From: Leucoraja ocellata
Lineage: Eukaryota
Length of the DNA: 64,000 nt
Direction: 5' to 3'
Assembly (NCBI GenBank): GCA_036785375.1
Contig: JAWMAR010000007.1
Coordinates: 11,098,001-11,162,000, forward strand
A model generated the notes under the pieces. It searched no databases. It was not told where the DNA came from and saw nothing but the letters and a program-made list of their open reading frames with translations. Of the stretch, positions 51,341 through 64,000 are shown one piece after another; positions within the stretch are counted from its first letter, which is position 1; each line of letters begins with the position of its first letter. The position numbers and the translations under genes are program-made.

Positions 51341-54300
51341 GAGAGGTGCAGATAGGGTAGACATTCAGAACCTTTTCCCAGGGTGGAATAATCAAAGACT
51401 ACAGGGCATAGGTTTAAGGTGAAAGGAACAATGTTTAGAGGAGATGTGCGGAGGATGGTGTTGGTTGGAATGTACTGCCAAGGGTAAATAAGGCAAATAT
51501 AACAGTGGCATTTAAGAGGCTTTTAGTTAGGCACGTCAATAGGCACATTGATATGCAGGGAATAGACAGATATGGACCATGTACAGAGAGATGAGATTAG
51601 TCTGAAGTAGGGTCTCGACCCGAAATGTCACCCATTCCTTCACCCCAGAGATGCATCTATGTCTTTCTTCGATTTGAACCTTTCCACACGAGAGGAGATT
51701 AGTTTAGCTTGACATCATGTTTAGCACAGCCTTTTCCTGTGCTGCACTGCTGTATGTACCATATGTAATCACTGGGAAATCTGTAATCAAACAGCACAGA
51801 AACAGGCCCAATGAGCTGTGCTAATTGTCAAATATGAATTTAGACCAATCCTATGTGATTCTTCCCATTGACCTCTATCACCCTGCCCCATAATTCTATC
51901 CTTGACCTACACACCAGGAACAATTTACAGCAGCCAATATACACCCACCAACCCACACACCAATGGGACGTGGGAAGAAATTGGAGCACCAACAGGAAAC
52001 CAACATGGTCACAGGGAAAACGTGCAAACTTCACATTGCCAGCACTGGAGGTTAGAACCGAACCCTGGCAGCAGCTCCATTCCATCATTGTGCCGCCATC
52101 AATCAAAGAGGGAAATCAGGAGAAAATGTTTTCCCCAGAGAGCGGCCAGGATGTGAAACTGGTTCCTAAAGGGAAAACTGAGGGGAACAGCAGAGATGTA
52201 TTCAAGGTAAAATGCTGGTTCAACACACGATGGAGAGGATAAAAATAGTGATCAGTCGTGATCTATAGGGGGAGTGAGGCTGGGCAAAGCGTGGACCCCA
52301 GGACAGACAATCTGGGCCGAATGGCCCATTCTGTGCTGTGCATTCTCAATTTCAAAGCTGGCATATATTTGGTGATGTGGAAAAATTGGAAAATGATAGG
52401 TGATTAATAGACAATAGGTGCAGGAGTAAGCCATTTGGCCCTTCGAGCCAGCACTGCCATTCAATGTGATCATGGCTGATCATCCCCAATCAGTTCCCCA
52501 TTCCTGCCTTCTCCCAATATCCCCTGACTCTGCTATTTTTAAGAGCCCTATCTAGCTCTCTCTTGAAAGCATCCAGAGAACCTGCCTCCACCGCACTCAG
52601 AAGCAGAGAATTCCATAGACACACCACTATCTGTGAGAAAAAGCATTTCCTCATCTCTGTTCTAAATGACTTACCCCTTATTCTTAAACTGTGGACCTGG
52701 TTCTGGACTCCCCCAACATCGGGAACATGTTTTCTGCCTCTAGCTTGTCCAAACCCTTAACAATCATATATGTTTCAATGAGATACCCTCTCATCCTTCT
52801 AAACTCCAGAGTGTACAAACCCAGCTGCACCATTCTCTCAGCATATGACAGTCCCGCCATCCCGGGAATACACCTTGTAAACCTACGCTGCACTCCCTCT
52901 ATAGCAAGAATGTCCTTCCTCAAATTATGGGACCAAAACTGCAAACAATACTCCAGGTGTGGTCTCACTAGGGCTCTGTCCAACTGCAAAAGGACCTCTT
53001 TGTTCTTATATTCGATTCCTCTTGATATAAAGGCCAACATGCCATTCGCTTTCTTCACTGCCTGCTGTACCTGCATGCTTACTTTCATAGACTGATGTAC
53101 AAGGACCCCCCAATTCTGTTGTACTTCCTCTTTTCCCAACTTGACATCATTTAGATAGTAATCTGCCTTCTTGTTTTTGCCACCAAAGTGGATAACCTCG
53201 TTTTACTCAGCGGTAAAATTTATTATTTTTTAGTGGACACAAAATTAATTCCATACACGATTAATCCTAAATATCATAATAGTATTATTTCTGATCACTC
53301 CCCATTGACTTTTACTTTAAAAGTAGAGGGAATGCCAGGTATAAATTTTTTTTGGAGATTTAATACACAAATAGTTAATAACCCACAAGGTTACAAGTAT
53401 TTAAAACAACAAATTAAATTTTTTTTGGAGACAAACAAGACACCGGGTATTTCACCATCTTTATTATGGGAAACTTTTAAGGCATTTATCCGTGGAGTTA
53501 TAATCTCATATCAAAGTTTCCAAAATAAAAGGAATACGATAGAACAATGGACGTTAGAAAAAGAAATTAAACTATTAGAATTAGATAACGCAGAAGACCC
53601 AACTATAGATAAACATAATAAGATCACATTATTGAAATTTAAACTTAATCGAATATTATCGGCAAGAGTAATAAGATTATTTCAGATTACAAAACAGGCA
53701 CAGTTTGAATTTGGCGATAAACCACATAAACCTCTGGCGTGACAATTGAAGAAACAAGAAAAGGAAAAGACTATTACTAAAATCAAATCAGAGAATGGGG
53801 AACTATTAACGTTACCCAAGGATATTAATAAAAGGTTTGCCCAATTTTTTCAAAACTTATATACATCTAAAACTAAAATAGAAGAAAATAAAATTATAGA
53901 TTTTTTAGATAATTGTAATCTGCCAAAATTGGATATCTTAGAACAAGAGGAATTAGGAGCTCAGATCACGTGAAGAAATAAGTGAACCAATAAAATAACT
54001 GAAAAATAGGAAAATGCCAGGACCAGATGGTTTTAATAATGAATTTTATAAAGGTTTTCAGGAGTTAATGGTCCCACGGTTACTTAAATTGTATACGTAT
54101 GTTTTTACCGAAAATAAATTACCAGAAACACTAGCAGAATCTACAATTACGCTAATACCTAAAAAAGATAAAGATTTAGAAGCGCCGGGCTCATATAGAG
54201 CCATATCACTCCTAAATACAGATCAGAAAATTTTAGCAAAGACTTTAGCAAGAAGATTGAGTAAATATATTAATACATTGATAAATCCAGACCAAACGGG

Positions 54301-54504
54301 GTTTATACCTAAAAGACAATCATCTAACAATCTGAGACGCCTTTTTAATATAATGTATTCATACAAAACGGAAAAGGAAGATTTATCAGTTATATCTTTG
54401 GATGCAGAGAAAGCATTTGATCAGGTAGAATGGCAGTATTTATACAAAGTACTCCAAAAATTTAATATGGGAGACAATTTTATTAGATGGGAAAAATTAC
54501 TATA

Positions 54505-55880
54505 TTTGATTTGATTTGATTTGATTCAACTTTATTGTCATTGCACACATACGAGTACAGGTACGACAAAATGCAGTTTAGCATCTGGTCAGAGTGCAAG
54601 ATAGTAGAAATAAAAATACTGGTTAAACAATATGTGCAATGTGGATGAATTAAACTGGTACATAGGCAAATAAATGTATACAGATGGGAGAGTATAAATG
54701 ATAGTTAGCGTCGGGACTGTGAGTTCAGCAGTGTAATGGTGTTATTGAAAAAACTGTTCCTCAGCCTGCTTGTGCAAGACCTGAGGCCCCTGTACTGCCT
54801 CCCTGATGGGAGGAGGGCAAATAGTCCATGGTTAGGGTGAGAGGGGTCCTTGATGATTTTCCCGGCCCGTCTCAGACACCGTTTGCGGTGGAGGGCATCC
54901 ATGGCAGGGAGCGGGGCACCGATGATGTGCTGAGCGGTTTTCACCACCCGTTGCAGTGCCTTCCTGTCAGCTGTGGTGCAGCTGCTGTACATACCGTGAA
55001 GCAGATGGACAGGATGCTTTCGATGGTACAGCGGTAGAGGTTGGACAGGATCTGGGGGGACAGGTGAACTTTCTTAAGCCTCCTCAGAAACTAGAGGCGC
55101 TGCTGCGCCTTTTTGATCAGTTTGGTGGTATTGAGGGACCAGGACAGATCCTCTGAGATATGTACCCCGAGGAATTTGTAGTAGGAGACGCGCTCCACCT
55201 CCGTCCCGTTTATGTGGATGGGGGTATGTCTGCCACCTCTGGTCTTCCTGAAGTCAACGATGATTTCCTTCATCTTCTTTGAGTTGAGGACGAGGTTATT
55301 ATTGGTACACCAGGCTGCCAGGTTCTGGACCTCCTCCCTATAGGCTGATTCGTTATTGTCCCTGATCAGACCTACCACCGTGGTATCATCGGCAAATTTT
55401 ATGATGGCATTGGAGCCATACATAGGGATGCAGTCATGGGTGAAGAGGGAGTAGAGGAGAGGGCTGAGCACACAGCCCTGTGGCACGCCGGTGTTCAGTG
55501 TCAGAGTGGAGGAGGTGAGGTTGTTGATCCTAACAGACTGGGGTCTGTTGGTGAGGAAATCCAGTGTCCAATTGCAGAGGGAGGTGGTGAGTTTGGTGAT
55601 CAAGCTGGCGGGGATGACAGTATTAAATGCGGAGCTGAAGTCGATGAACAACAACCTGATGTAGGAGTTGTTATTGCCCAAGTGGGTCAGGGCAGAGTGT
55701 AGGGCCGCAGATATGGCGTCCTCTGTAGACCTGTTGGGCCGGTAGGCAAACTGATGGGGGTCCAGTGTGGGAGGGAGGCTGGCTTTGAGGTGAGCCAAGA
55801 TCAGTCGCTCAAAGCACTTCGCGATGAGGGGGGTGAGTGCCACTGGGCGGAAGCCATTGAGACTCCCTGAAGCTGACTGT
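54505..55880 (-). mobile_element. Rex1/Babar element nested in the L1
   Basis: [44 protein letters not shown]; (TCAAA)n tail. Confidence 0.9.
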
Positions 55881-56763
55881 TTGGAATATGATAAACCAAT
55901 GGCAAGAATATTAACTAATAATATGTTATCTCCAAAATTTCAATTATCGAGGGGCAATAGGCTGTGTTTTATCACCCCTGCTATTTGCCCTTATGATAGA
56001 GCCGCTTGCTGAAACGATACGAAGGCATCCAAATAATCAAGGATATAATACTAAGGACTCTAGTAATAAAATGTCACTATATGCAGATGATATACTTTTA
56101 TATATTACAAATTCACAAACGAGTATCCCAAATTTATTAAATTTAATAGAGGAATTTGGCTCTTTTTCTGGTTATAGCATAAACTGGAATAAAAGTGAAA
56201 TTATGACACTAAAACCCCAGAAAGCGAATAACCTATTAAAATTTCCATTTAAAATTGCAACGGAAAAATTTAAGTATTTGGGTATTCAAGTTACTAGAAG
56301 ATATAAATCATTATTTAATGCTAATTTTATACCATTATTAAATAAATTGAATGCTCTGATTAAATTTTGGAGAACGCTCCCACTATCATTAATTGGCAGA
56401 ATAAATATTATAAAAATGATAATTTTACCAAACATAATATATTTATTCCAATCTATACCAATATATATACCAAAACATTTTTTTTAAAAAAATTAGACTC
56501 GAATATTACCAACTTTATTTGGGATTATAAAGCACACAGAATTAAAAGAAACCACTTGTGCAAACCCAAAGAGGTAGGGGGACTTGCACTGCCTTATTTT
56601 TTATATTATTATTGGGCAGTGCATATTAAGAATATAATTTACTGGTTGGATAGTTCTGCTCAACAGTTGGAATGGAGGAGAATGGAGAAAGAGGATTGGG
56701 CTCCTTACGATTTAGGAGCGATCCTCTTCTCCCCAATAAAACTGAACAATATATTATATATTG

Positions 56764-56972
56764 ACGACAGATGGCACAATGGGCTAAGTGTTCGGCTGGC
56801 AACCGGAAGGTAGCCGGTTCGAATCCCGCTTGGAGTGCATACTGTCGTTGTGTCCTTGGGGCAAGACACTTCACCCACCTTTGCCTGTGTGTAATGTAAT
56901 GTAATTATGTGAAGCACTTTGGGTCAATGCAAGTTGACTGAAAATGTGCTATATAAATAAGATATATATTTA
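56764..56972 (+). mobile_element. tRNA-derived CORE-like SINE nested in the L1
   Basis: A box TGGCACAATGGG, B box GGTTCGAATCC, CORE-like TGTGTCCTTGGGGCAAGACACTT and an L2-type tail GTGCTATATAAATAA. Confidence 0.75.
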
Positions 56973-59900
56973 TATAAGAAGAATCCAATTATACATAATA
57001 TAATACGAATCTGGAAACAAATAAAATTAACTTTAAAATTAAGAAACTTATCAGTGCTAACACCAATAGTGAATAACCCAGTATTTAAACCATCTGGTAT
57101 GGATATAACATATAGACAATGGGAAAGAGTGGGAATTAAAAAGGTAGGTGACTTGTATGAAATGGAAAATTTATTATCATTTCAACATCTAAAATCAAAA
57201 TTTTAATTGAATAACAACCAATATTTTAAATATTTACAGGTATGTGATTTTATGAAGAAATATATACCAAGATTTCAAAGTATAATTTTAGATCCACTGG
57301 AAGAAGCAATGAATATCAAGGTGGTCACAAAAATTAATATCATATCTATATAACAGTATTTTAAACAGAGAATGACCATCAACAGAGGCAATTAGAGAAG
57401 ACTGGGAAAAATAATTAATTACAAAAATCTCAAAAGAAACATGGGAAAAGTATTTGATATATATACATAAATGTTTGATTAACGCTAGACAAAGTTTAAT
57501 TCTATTTATAATATTACATAGATTATATTATTCAAAAACTAGGTTGAATAAATTATATCCAAATATCTCTCCCATCTGTGATAAATGTCTTTCTCAAAAT
57601 GCCAATATCACACACTCATTTGTTTCTTGTACAAAACTTCATAAATTTTGGTGTGATATATTTGATATATTCACAAAGCTATTTAAGATAAAAATGGAAC
57701 CGAATACTGAAATGATTATATTTGGAGTAAGGGGAGACGGGAATAAATTAAATAAACCCCAAAACTCATTCTTTAATTATGGGTTAATAATAGCAAAAAA
57801 ACATACTTAAATTTTGGAAAAATGTTAATACACCAACAGTTAAAATGTGGATCAGTAATATGTTGGACACAGCATATTTGGAAGAAATGAGACTCTTCCT
57901 AATAGACAAACAAGACCAATTCTTAATGAGTTGGTCTCCATTTATTGATTTCTTGGAGTCATGTGGTGCAACAGTATCGTAAAAAATAAAAGTTTCAGGT
58001 ATGGGTGAAAGACGACCTAGAATATAAAAAATCATCTCCTTGTGGCGATTGGATAAACTCCCTCCTGCTTTCCTCCCTCACCTATTTCTTTTCTTCACTA
58101 TTTCCTTTTTCTGCTTCTTACTCACGCACACCAGCCTATCCTTCACTCTTTACTACCTCTTTTTATTTTTCTCTTCTTACTTTTCTCTTTAAAGAAAAAA
58201 AAAGGAAGTTGTACAGAGAATGTAATATGTTAACATAATTTAGGGAACCTGTAAAAAGGCACCACTGTATTGTACTTACTACTAATAAATTAAAAAAAAA
58301 AAAAAAAAAAGTAGATAACCTCACATTTATCCACATTAAACTTCATCTGCCATGCATCTGCCCACTGCCACAACCTGTCCAAGTCACCCTGCATTCTCAT
58401 GGCATCCTCCTCACAGTTCACACTGCCACTCAGCTTTGTGCCATCTGCAAATTTGCTAATGTTACTTTGAATCCCTTCATCCAAATCATTGATGTATATT
58501 GTAAATAGATGCAGTCCCAGTACCGAGCCCTGCGGTACCCCACTAGTCACTGCCTGCCATTCTGAAAGTGACCCGTTAATCCCTACTCTTTGTTTCCTGT
58601 CTGCCAACTACTTCTCTACCCCCTATACCATGTGCCCTAATTTTGCCACTAATCTCCTATGTGGGACCTCATCAAATGCTTTCTGAAAGTCCAGGCAATT
58701 AAGGAAATCAATAGATATTGAATTAATGCAGGAACATGATGCAGGGAAGGGATCATTATTACATTGAATAGTTCAGCAGCCACAAGAGGCTGAATGGCCT
58801 ACTCATCCTAATTAAGACCTATCTTTCTTTTATCATCCCAGACATCCATGACAAGCTGGAATGACTGATGAGAAAATTTACAAGGCTATTGCCAGGACTC
58901 GAGGGCCTGAGCTATAGGGAGAAGTTGGGCTGCATAGGACTTTATTCCTTGGAGTACAGGAGGATGAGGGGGAGGGGGGGGGGGAGGGGGGGTCTTTTGG
59001 AGGTGTATAAGATTGCGATGGAATAAACAGGTAAATGCACAGAGTCTTTTATCCTGTAGGAGTATAGGAGAATCATGAACCAGGATAAATTTGACTTTGA
59101 CTTTTGACTTTGGCTTTGGGAATATTTTTAGGGTGAGAGGAGAAAGATTTAATGGGAATCTGAGGGACAACATTTCACACAGAGGGTGGTAGGTATATGG
59201 ACCAAGCTGCCTGGGGTAGTGATTAATACAGGAACGATCACAACTTTTAAAGGGCATTTGACAGGTACAAGGATGGGGAAAGTTGAGAGTGACATGGGCT
59301 AAATGCAGGCAGATGGGACTAGCATCAATGGGGCATGTAGTTGGACTCAAGAGCCTGTTTCCGTGCTGTATGAACCAATGTTGTTGCCAGGATCAGTAGA
59401 AAGACTGAATAGAGGTAAAAAGCCTGTAAAAAGAACGACTAATTGAAGTACTGTCACTCTGAGCCAGCAGTTATTTCACATCCCTATTTTCCCTTGAATT
59501 GAGTGGCTTGCTGAAGTATTTTCCCAAGTACAGATAGGAGTCACACTTCCTTTCACAATTCCTCCAAACTACACCCCACCCAGACCTGCTGAGTTCCTGC
59601 AACAGATTATTTGGTGTTCTGCAATCCACCCTTGCAGTGGGCCTTAACAGACGGAAGAACAGCTGATTTCCTTCCCCAAAACGCAAACGTGTGCAATCTC
59701 ACGATAATATGATAGTTTCATGTTCTGAAGATGAGCAGGGGAAAGGTTTCCCCAAATACCCGCGCTCCAACATTCACTTTTCAATTATCCATTCATTACT
59801 ATGTTTCAGAAGACTTTTGCTGAGCTTTGACTCCCTGTCTTACGATAGTGACTGCACTTCAGAAGTAGCTCGCTGGCAATTAATTGATCTGGTTCGTCCT

Positions 59901-60080
59901 GGCACTGTAACAGATGATTTTTTGCCGAGGAACTCAAATGCACAGAATCCTCCGAAGTGTCACAGACGTCCTACAGTGGGGCACCCCCAGTCCCGGGTCT
60001 CAAGCGTTCCAATTTAACTCATGATCTGTACTTCAACGTTATCCGAAAATATCAGGGAGGTTTGTCATGAGCAGGAGGTT

Positions 60081-60142
60081 TTATTCTCCACATGCATCCT
60101 TGGCCTGTTCTTTTGTATATACAACCGTTGCATAAATGCAGC
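60081..60142 (-). CDS. Candidate terminal coding exon with an ITIM-like motif, xCIYATVVYTKEQAKDACGE*
   Basis: Acceptor ttgtttatcttccag|; phase-1 reading ends at TAA; lies in apparently non-repeat sequence. Confidence 0.45.
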
Positions 60143-61540
60143 CTGGAAGATAAACAATTCAATTTTTATGATTTTATGCTGTCATTGTAAGATTCTTCTA
60201 TCTTGATTCAAACCATTGAGAACCATAGTTATACAACACGAAAACAGGCCCTTCGGCCCAACTTTCCAATGCCGACCAAGATGCCCCATATACTCTAATC
60301 CCACATGCTTGTGTTTGGCCTATATCCCTCTTAACCTTTCCAAACCATGCATCTATCTTTTAAATGTTGTCAGAGTATTTGCCTCAACTACCTCCTCTGG
60401 CAGCTCGTTCCATATACCATCACCCTCTGTGTGAAAAATGTGCCTATCAGGTTCCTATTATATCTTTCCCGTCGCATCTTAAACTCATCCTCTCGCATTT
60501 GATTGCCCTACTCTTGGAATAGATAGGTATGCAAACAACCAATCCATTCCCCTCGTGAGAGGAAAACTTCTAATCTCTCAAACTCAGAGCCTATCCAGAA
60601 CTGGAACCCTCTCTGCAAATTCAGTCAGCCGTCCACCCCAGATCCAACATCCCCTCTCCATTATCGTCTGATGGCCACTGTCCCCAGTCTTTCACTCAAC
60701 TGCTGGTTAGACAGGTTAGATAAACTGATGATATGGTCATCCTGGTTGATTTGGGCTCCTTGTATTCTGGTCCTTCTTCAATTGTGCCTGGCTTTCCCTG
60801 GACCTGCCCTCTCAATATTAGAAAATTGCTTGAATTCAACCCAGTTTGAGCAAGGCCAGGCCCTCTCACCCATCAGAGAACCGGCTTGTCAGAGACTCTC
60901 TCCTCTATATTGCGGGTACTCTTAGTCTTCTCATTGCCAGAGGGAATTTGCCCCATTTCGAAGCTCTTTGCTCCCACACTGACCCCTTCCCCCCATCATT
61001 CATCCAACCCCCTGAGACCAGGATCATCAGCTGTTTATAGAGTCAGAGTCATACAGTATGGAAACAGGCCCTTCGGCCCAACTTACCCATGCCTTCCAAG
61101 ATGCCCATCTACACTAACCCCACTTGCCCACATTTGGCCCATATGTCTCTAAACCTTTCCTTTCCATGTACCTGACCAAATGTCTTTGAAATGTTGTCAT
61201 AGTACGTTCCTCAACTACCCTCCTCTGGTAGCTCTGATCACCACCCTCAGTGTGAAAATGTTGCCCTTCTTTTTCCTATTATATCTTTTAGCTCTCACGT
61301 TAAACCCAAGTCACCTGGTTCTTGAGTTAAACCCATGTCCTCTGGTTGACAGCCAACTACACAGAGCCAAGCTACTGTCTGAGGAATCTTGTCCACAGAA
61401 TGTAAGGAATAGGGAGGGAAGTTGGCCATTCAGCCATTCCACATGATTTATGATGGACATTGAAGCATTAGTCAAGCAAAAGGGGCATATGTCAGATATA
61501 GGTAGCTGGGAATCAAGCAAACCTCTCAAGTATAAATGGT

Positions 61541-62942
61541 ACACAAAAAAGCTGGAGAAACTCAGCAGGTGCAGCAGCATCTATGGAGCGAAGGAAATAG
61601 GCAACGTTTCGGGCCGAAACCCTTCTTCAGACTGATCGGGGGTGGGGGTGGGCGGGGACAAGAAAGGAAAAAGGTGGAGGAGCCCGAAGGCTGGGGGATG
61701 GGAGGAGACAGCAGGGGGACTGAGGAAGGGGAGGAGACAGTAAGGACTAACAAAATTGGGAGAATTCGATGTTCATGCCCCCAGGATGCAGACTCCCCAA
61801 ACGGAATATGAGGTGCTGTTCCTCCAATTTCCGGACTGGACTACACTTCTTCCCACCCTGCTTCCTGTAAGGACTCCATCCCCTACTCCCAATTCCTCCG
61901 TCTACGCCGCATCTGCTCCACGGATGAGGCATTCCACACCAGGACATCTGAAATGTCCTCATTATTCAGGGAACGGGGGTTCCCCTCCTCCACCATAAAA
62001 ATGAGGCTCGCACCAGGGTCTCTTCCATACCCCGCAACACTGCTCTCTCTCCCCATCCCCCCACTCGCAACAAGGGCCGAGTCCCCCTAGTCCTCACCTT
62101 TCACCCCACCAGCCGTCACATACAAAAAGTAATCCTCCGTCAGTTTCGCCACCTCCAACGTGACCCCACCACTCGCCACATCTTCCCATCTCCCCCCATA
62201 TCTGCCTTCCGCAAAGACCGCTCCCTCCATAACTCCCTTGTCAATTCTTCCCTTCCCTCTCGTACCACCCCCTCCCCGGGCACTTTTCCTTGCAACCGCA
62301 AGAGATGCAACACTTGCCCCTTTACCTCCCCCCTCGACTCCGTTCAAGGACCCAAGCAATCGTTCCAGGTGTGACAGAGGTTTACCTGCATCTCTTCCAA
62401 CCTCATCTATTGCGTCCGCTGCTCTAGATGTCAGCAGATCTTTATCAGTGAGACCAAGCGGAGGTTGGGCGATCATTTCGCCGAACACCTCCGCTCGGTC
62501 CGCAATAACCAAGCTGACCTCCCGGTGGCTCAGCACTTCAACTCCCCCTCCAACTCCGTTTCCGACCTCTCTGTCCTGGGTCTCCTCCATGGCCACAGCG
62601 AGCAGCACCGGAAATTGGAGGAACAGCACCTCATATTCCGTTTGGGGAGTCTGCATCCTGGGGGCATGAACAGCGAATTCTCCCAATTTTGTTAGTCCTT
62701 ACTGTCTCCTCCCCTTCCTCAGTCCCCCTGCTGTCTCCTCCCAACCCCCAGCCTTCGGGCTCCTCCTCCTTTTTCCTTTCTTGTCCCCGCCCACCCCCCG
62801 CCCCCGATCAGTCTGAAGAAGGGTTTCGGCCCGAAATGTTGCCTATTTCCTTCGCTCCATAGATGCTGCTGCACCCGCTGAGTTTCTCCAGCTTTTTTGT
62901 GTAACCTTCGATTCTCCAGCATCTGCAGATCGTTCTTAAACA
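61541..62942 (+). mobile_element. Penelope-like element with an inverted partial pLTR (61541-61835 on the opposite strand)
   Basis: GIY-YIG end AEHLRSVRNNQADLPVAQHFN...MNSEFSQFC; flanking repeat CAAGTATAAA(T/G)GGT at 61527 and 62943. Confidence 0.9.
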
Positions 62943-63495
62943 CAAGTATAAAGGGTGTAGGCTTACAATTTAGAGCTAAATAAAGAGGACAAAAAGAGGA
63001 CATGAGATAGCTATGGCAGATAAGATAACGGAGAACTCAGAGAAATTCTCGAAGTATATTAAGAGCAAAAGGCTAAATAAAGAGAATAGGATCAACATGG
63101 TCATCCATGGGAGATGGGCGAGGTTTTAAATTAACATTTCTCATCTGTATTTATCGTGGAGAAGGTCATGGAAGTTAAGGAATTACGAGTATTGAATTGC
63201 AATACATTGGAACATATCTACATTACAAAAGAGGTGCTGACAGTCTTAAGTCATATTTGGGTAAATAGATGTCCGAGGCCTGATGAGATGTATCCTAGGA
63301 TATTACGGGAAGCTAGGGAAGAAATTTCAAGTGCTCTGGCAGAGGCATTTGCATCATCTTTAACATAAGTGTGGTACTGGAAGATTGGAGGGTGGTAAAT
63401 GTTGTGCCCCTATTTAAGAAGGGCTGCAAGTACAAGACAGGGAACTACAGACCAGTGAGCCTGTAGTGGTGAGAGAATTACTGGAGGGGATTTTG
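62943..63495 (+). mobile_element. Old CR1 fragment hosting the Penelope insertion (continues from ~61445)
   Basis: PRPDEMYPRILREAREEI; GGGAACTACAGACCAGTGAGCCT. Confidence 0.75.
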
Positions 63496-64000
63496 ATGTT
63501 AATTCTGGTCAAATTGGAGATGCCAGGACACTAAAATTGTGTAAAGGCTTCGGGTCTGCTAGGCCATTTGGTCAATTTAAATGTGCCTTCTGCAGAAATG
63601 GGACAAGCTGCAGAATGATGTCAGCTTGTCTGGAGCCTAGATACGAGTTGTAGGAAAAGAATGGGACTTCTGCGGATTCTTACAATTAGGTGTAAATTGC
63701 ATGAAACGGATTGGGTGAATGCAAACCAGACATATACATTGTTAATATTGTTCCAAAGCTTTACTTTGCTAGATGTTGATTGGATTAAGTGTTGAGCCTT
63801 GTCTAGGTTTCTTGAATAACAAGGCACATGTTGCTATGTTTGCTTCCTTCCAGAAGCTCTGTTTGAATACAATGTATTAGTTACTGTATTATTGGGTTAG
63901 GGAAATGTCTATCATGTACTGTGTTAATCGATATCTGTTATTGGACTGTAAAGAGTCCACCCCCATATGATTCGGCCCCTCAAGGTTCGGGCACCTATAA

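Larger units (their letters stand above)
53200..58310 (+). mobile_element. L1-clade LINE, 5'-truncated within the endonuclease, degenerate
   Basis: ISDHSPL, PGPDGF..EFYK, DQTGF, SLDAEKAFD, LYADD, C-terminal CDKC...H...C and a poly(A) tail; TSD AAAGT(G/A)GATAACCTC at 53185-53199 and 58308-58322. Confidence 0.92.
52405..58695 (-). mobile_element. CR1 fragment split by an L1 insertion (52405-53199 and 58308-58695)
   Basis: The RT reading ...DKCEVI|HFGG... continues across the L1. Confidence 0.88.

Noticed and set aside
56764-56835. tRNA gene
   Set aside because: The A and B boxes belong to a SINE head followed by a CORE-like body and tail.
63873-64000. Possible start of another LTR
   Set aside because: Cut by the window edge; no partner LTR, PBS or TSD can be verified.

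Overview
Repeat-dense vertebrate genomic DNA. The CR1, Penelope, V-SINE and DIRS repertoire points to a cartilaginous fish, probably a skate or ray (inference). The main host feature is a + strand Siglec-15-like Ig-superfamily receptor locus spread over about 18 kb. It has four tandem phase-1 V-set exons (10596-10976, 15091-15459, 24676-25037, 27324-27686) followed by one exon encoding a C2-set domain and an Arg-containing transmembrane segment (28337-28708). Only V1 keeps the sialic-acid-binding Arg. V2-V4 arose by tandem duplication of exon-plus-intron cassettes, and V3 is one base short in a C run. A convergent minus-strand candidate terminal exon with an ITIM-like motif (IYATV) at 60081-60142 hints at an inhibitory partner gene. 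The rest is mobile DNA: three DIRS1 elements (one carrying tandem U2 snRNA fragments, one a gag-only copy with complete ITR/ICR ends), a class I ERV with apparently identical LTRs, a tRNA-Pro PBS and a TACT TSD, CR1/L1/Rex1 LINEs, Penelope elements with hammerhead motifs, abutting Helitrons, a hAT remnant, a Harbinger MITE and SINEs. There are two N gaps. All calls were made by eye; no database searches were run.
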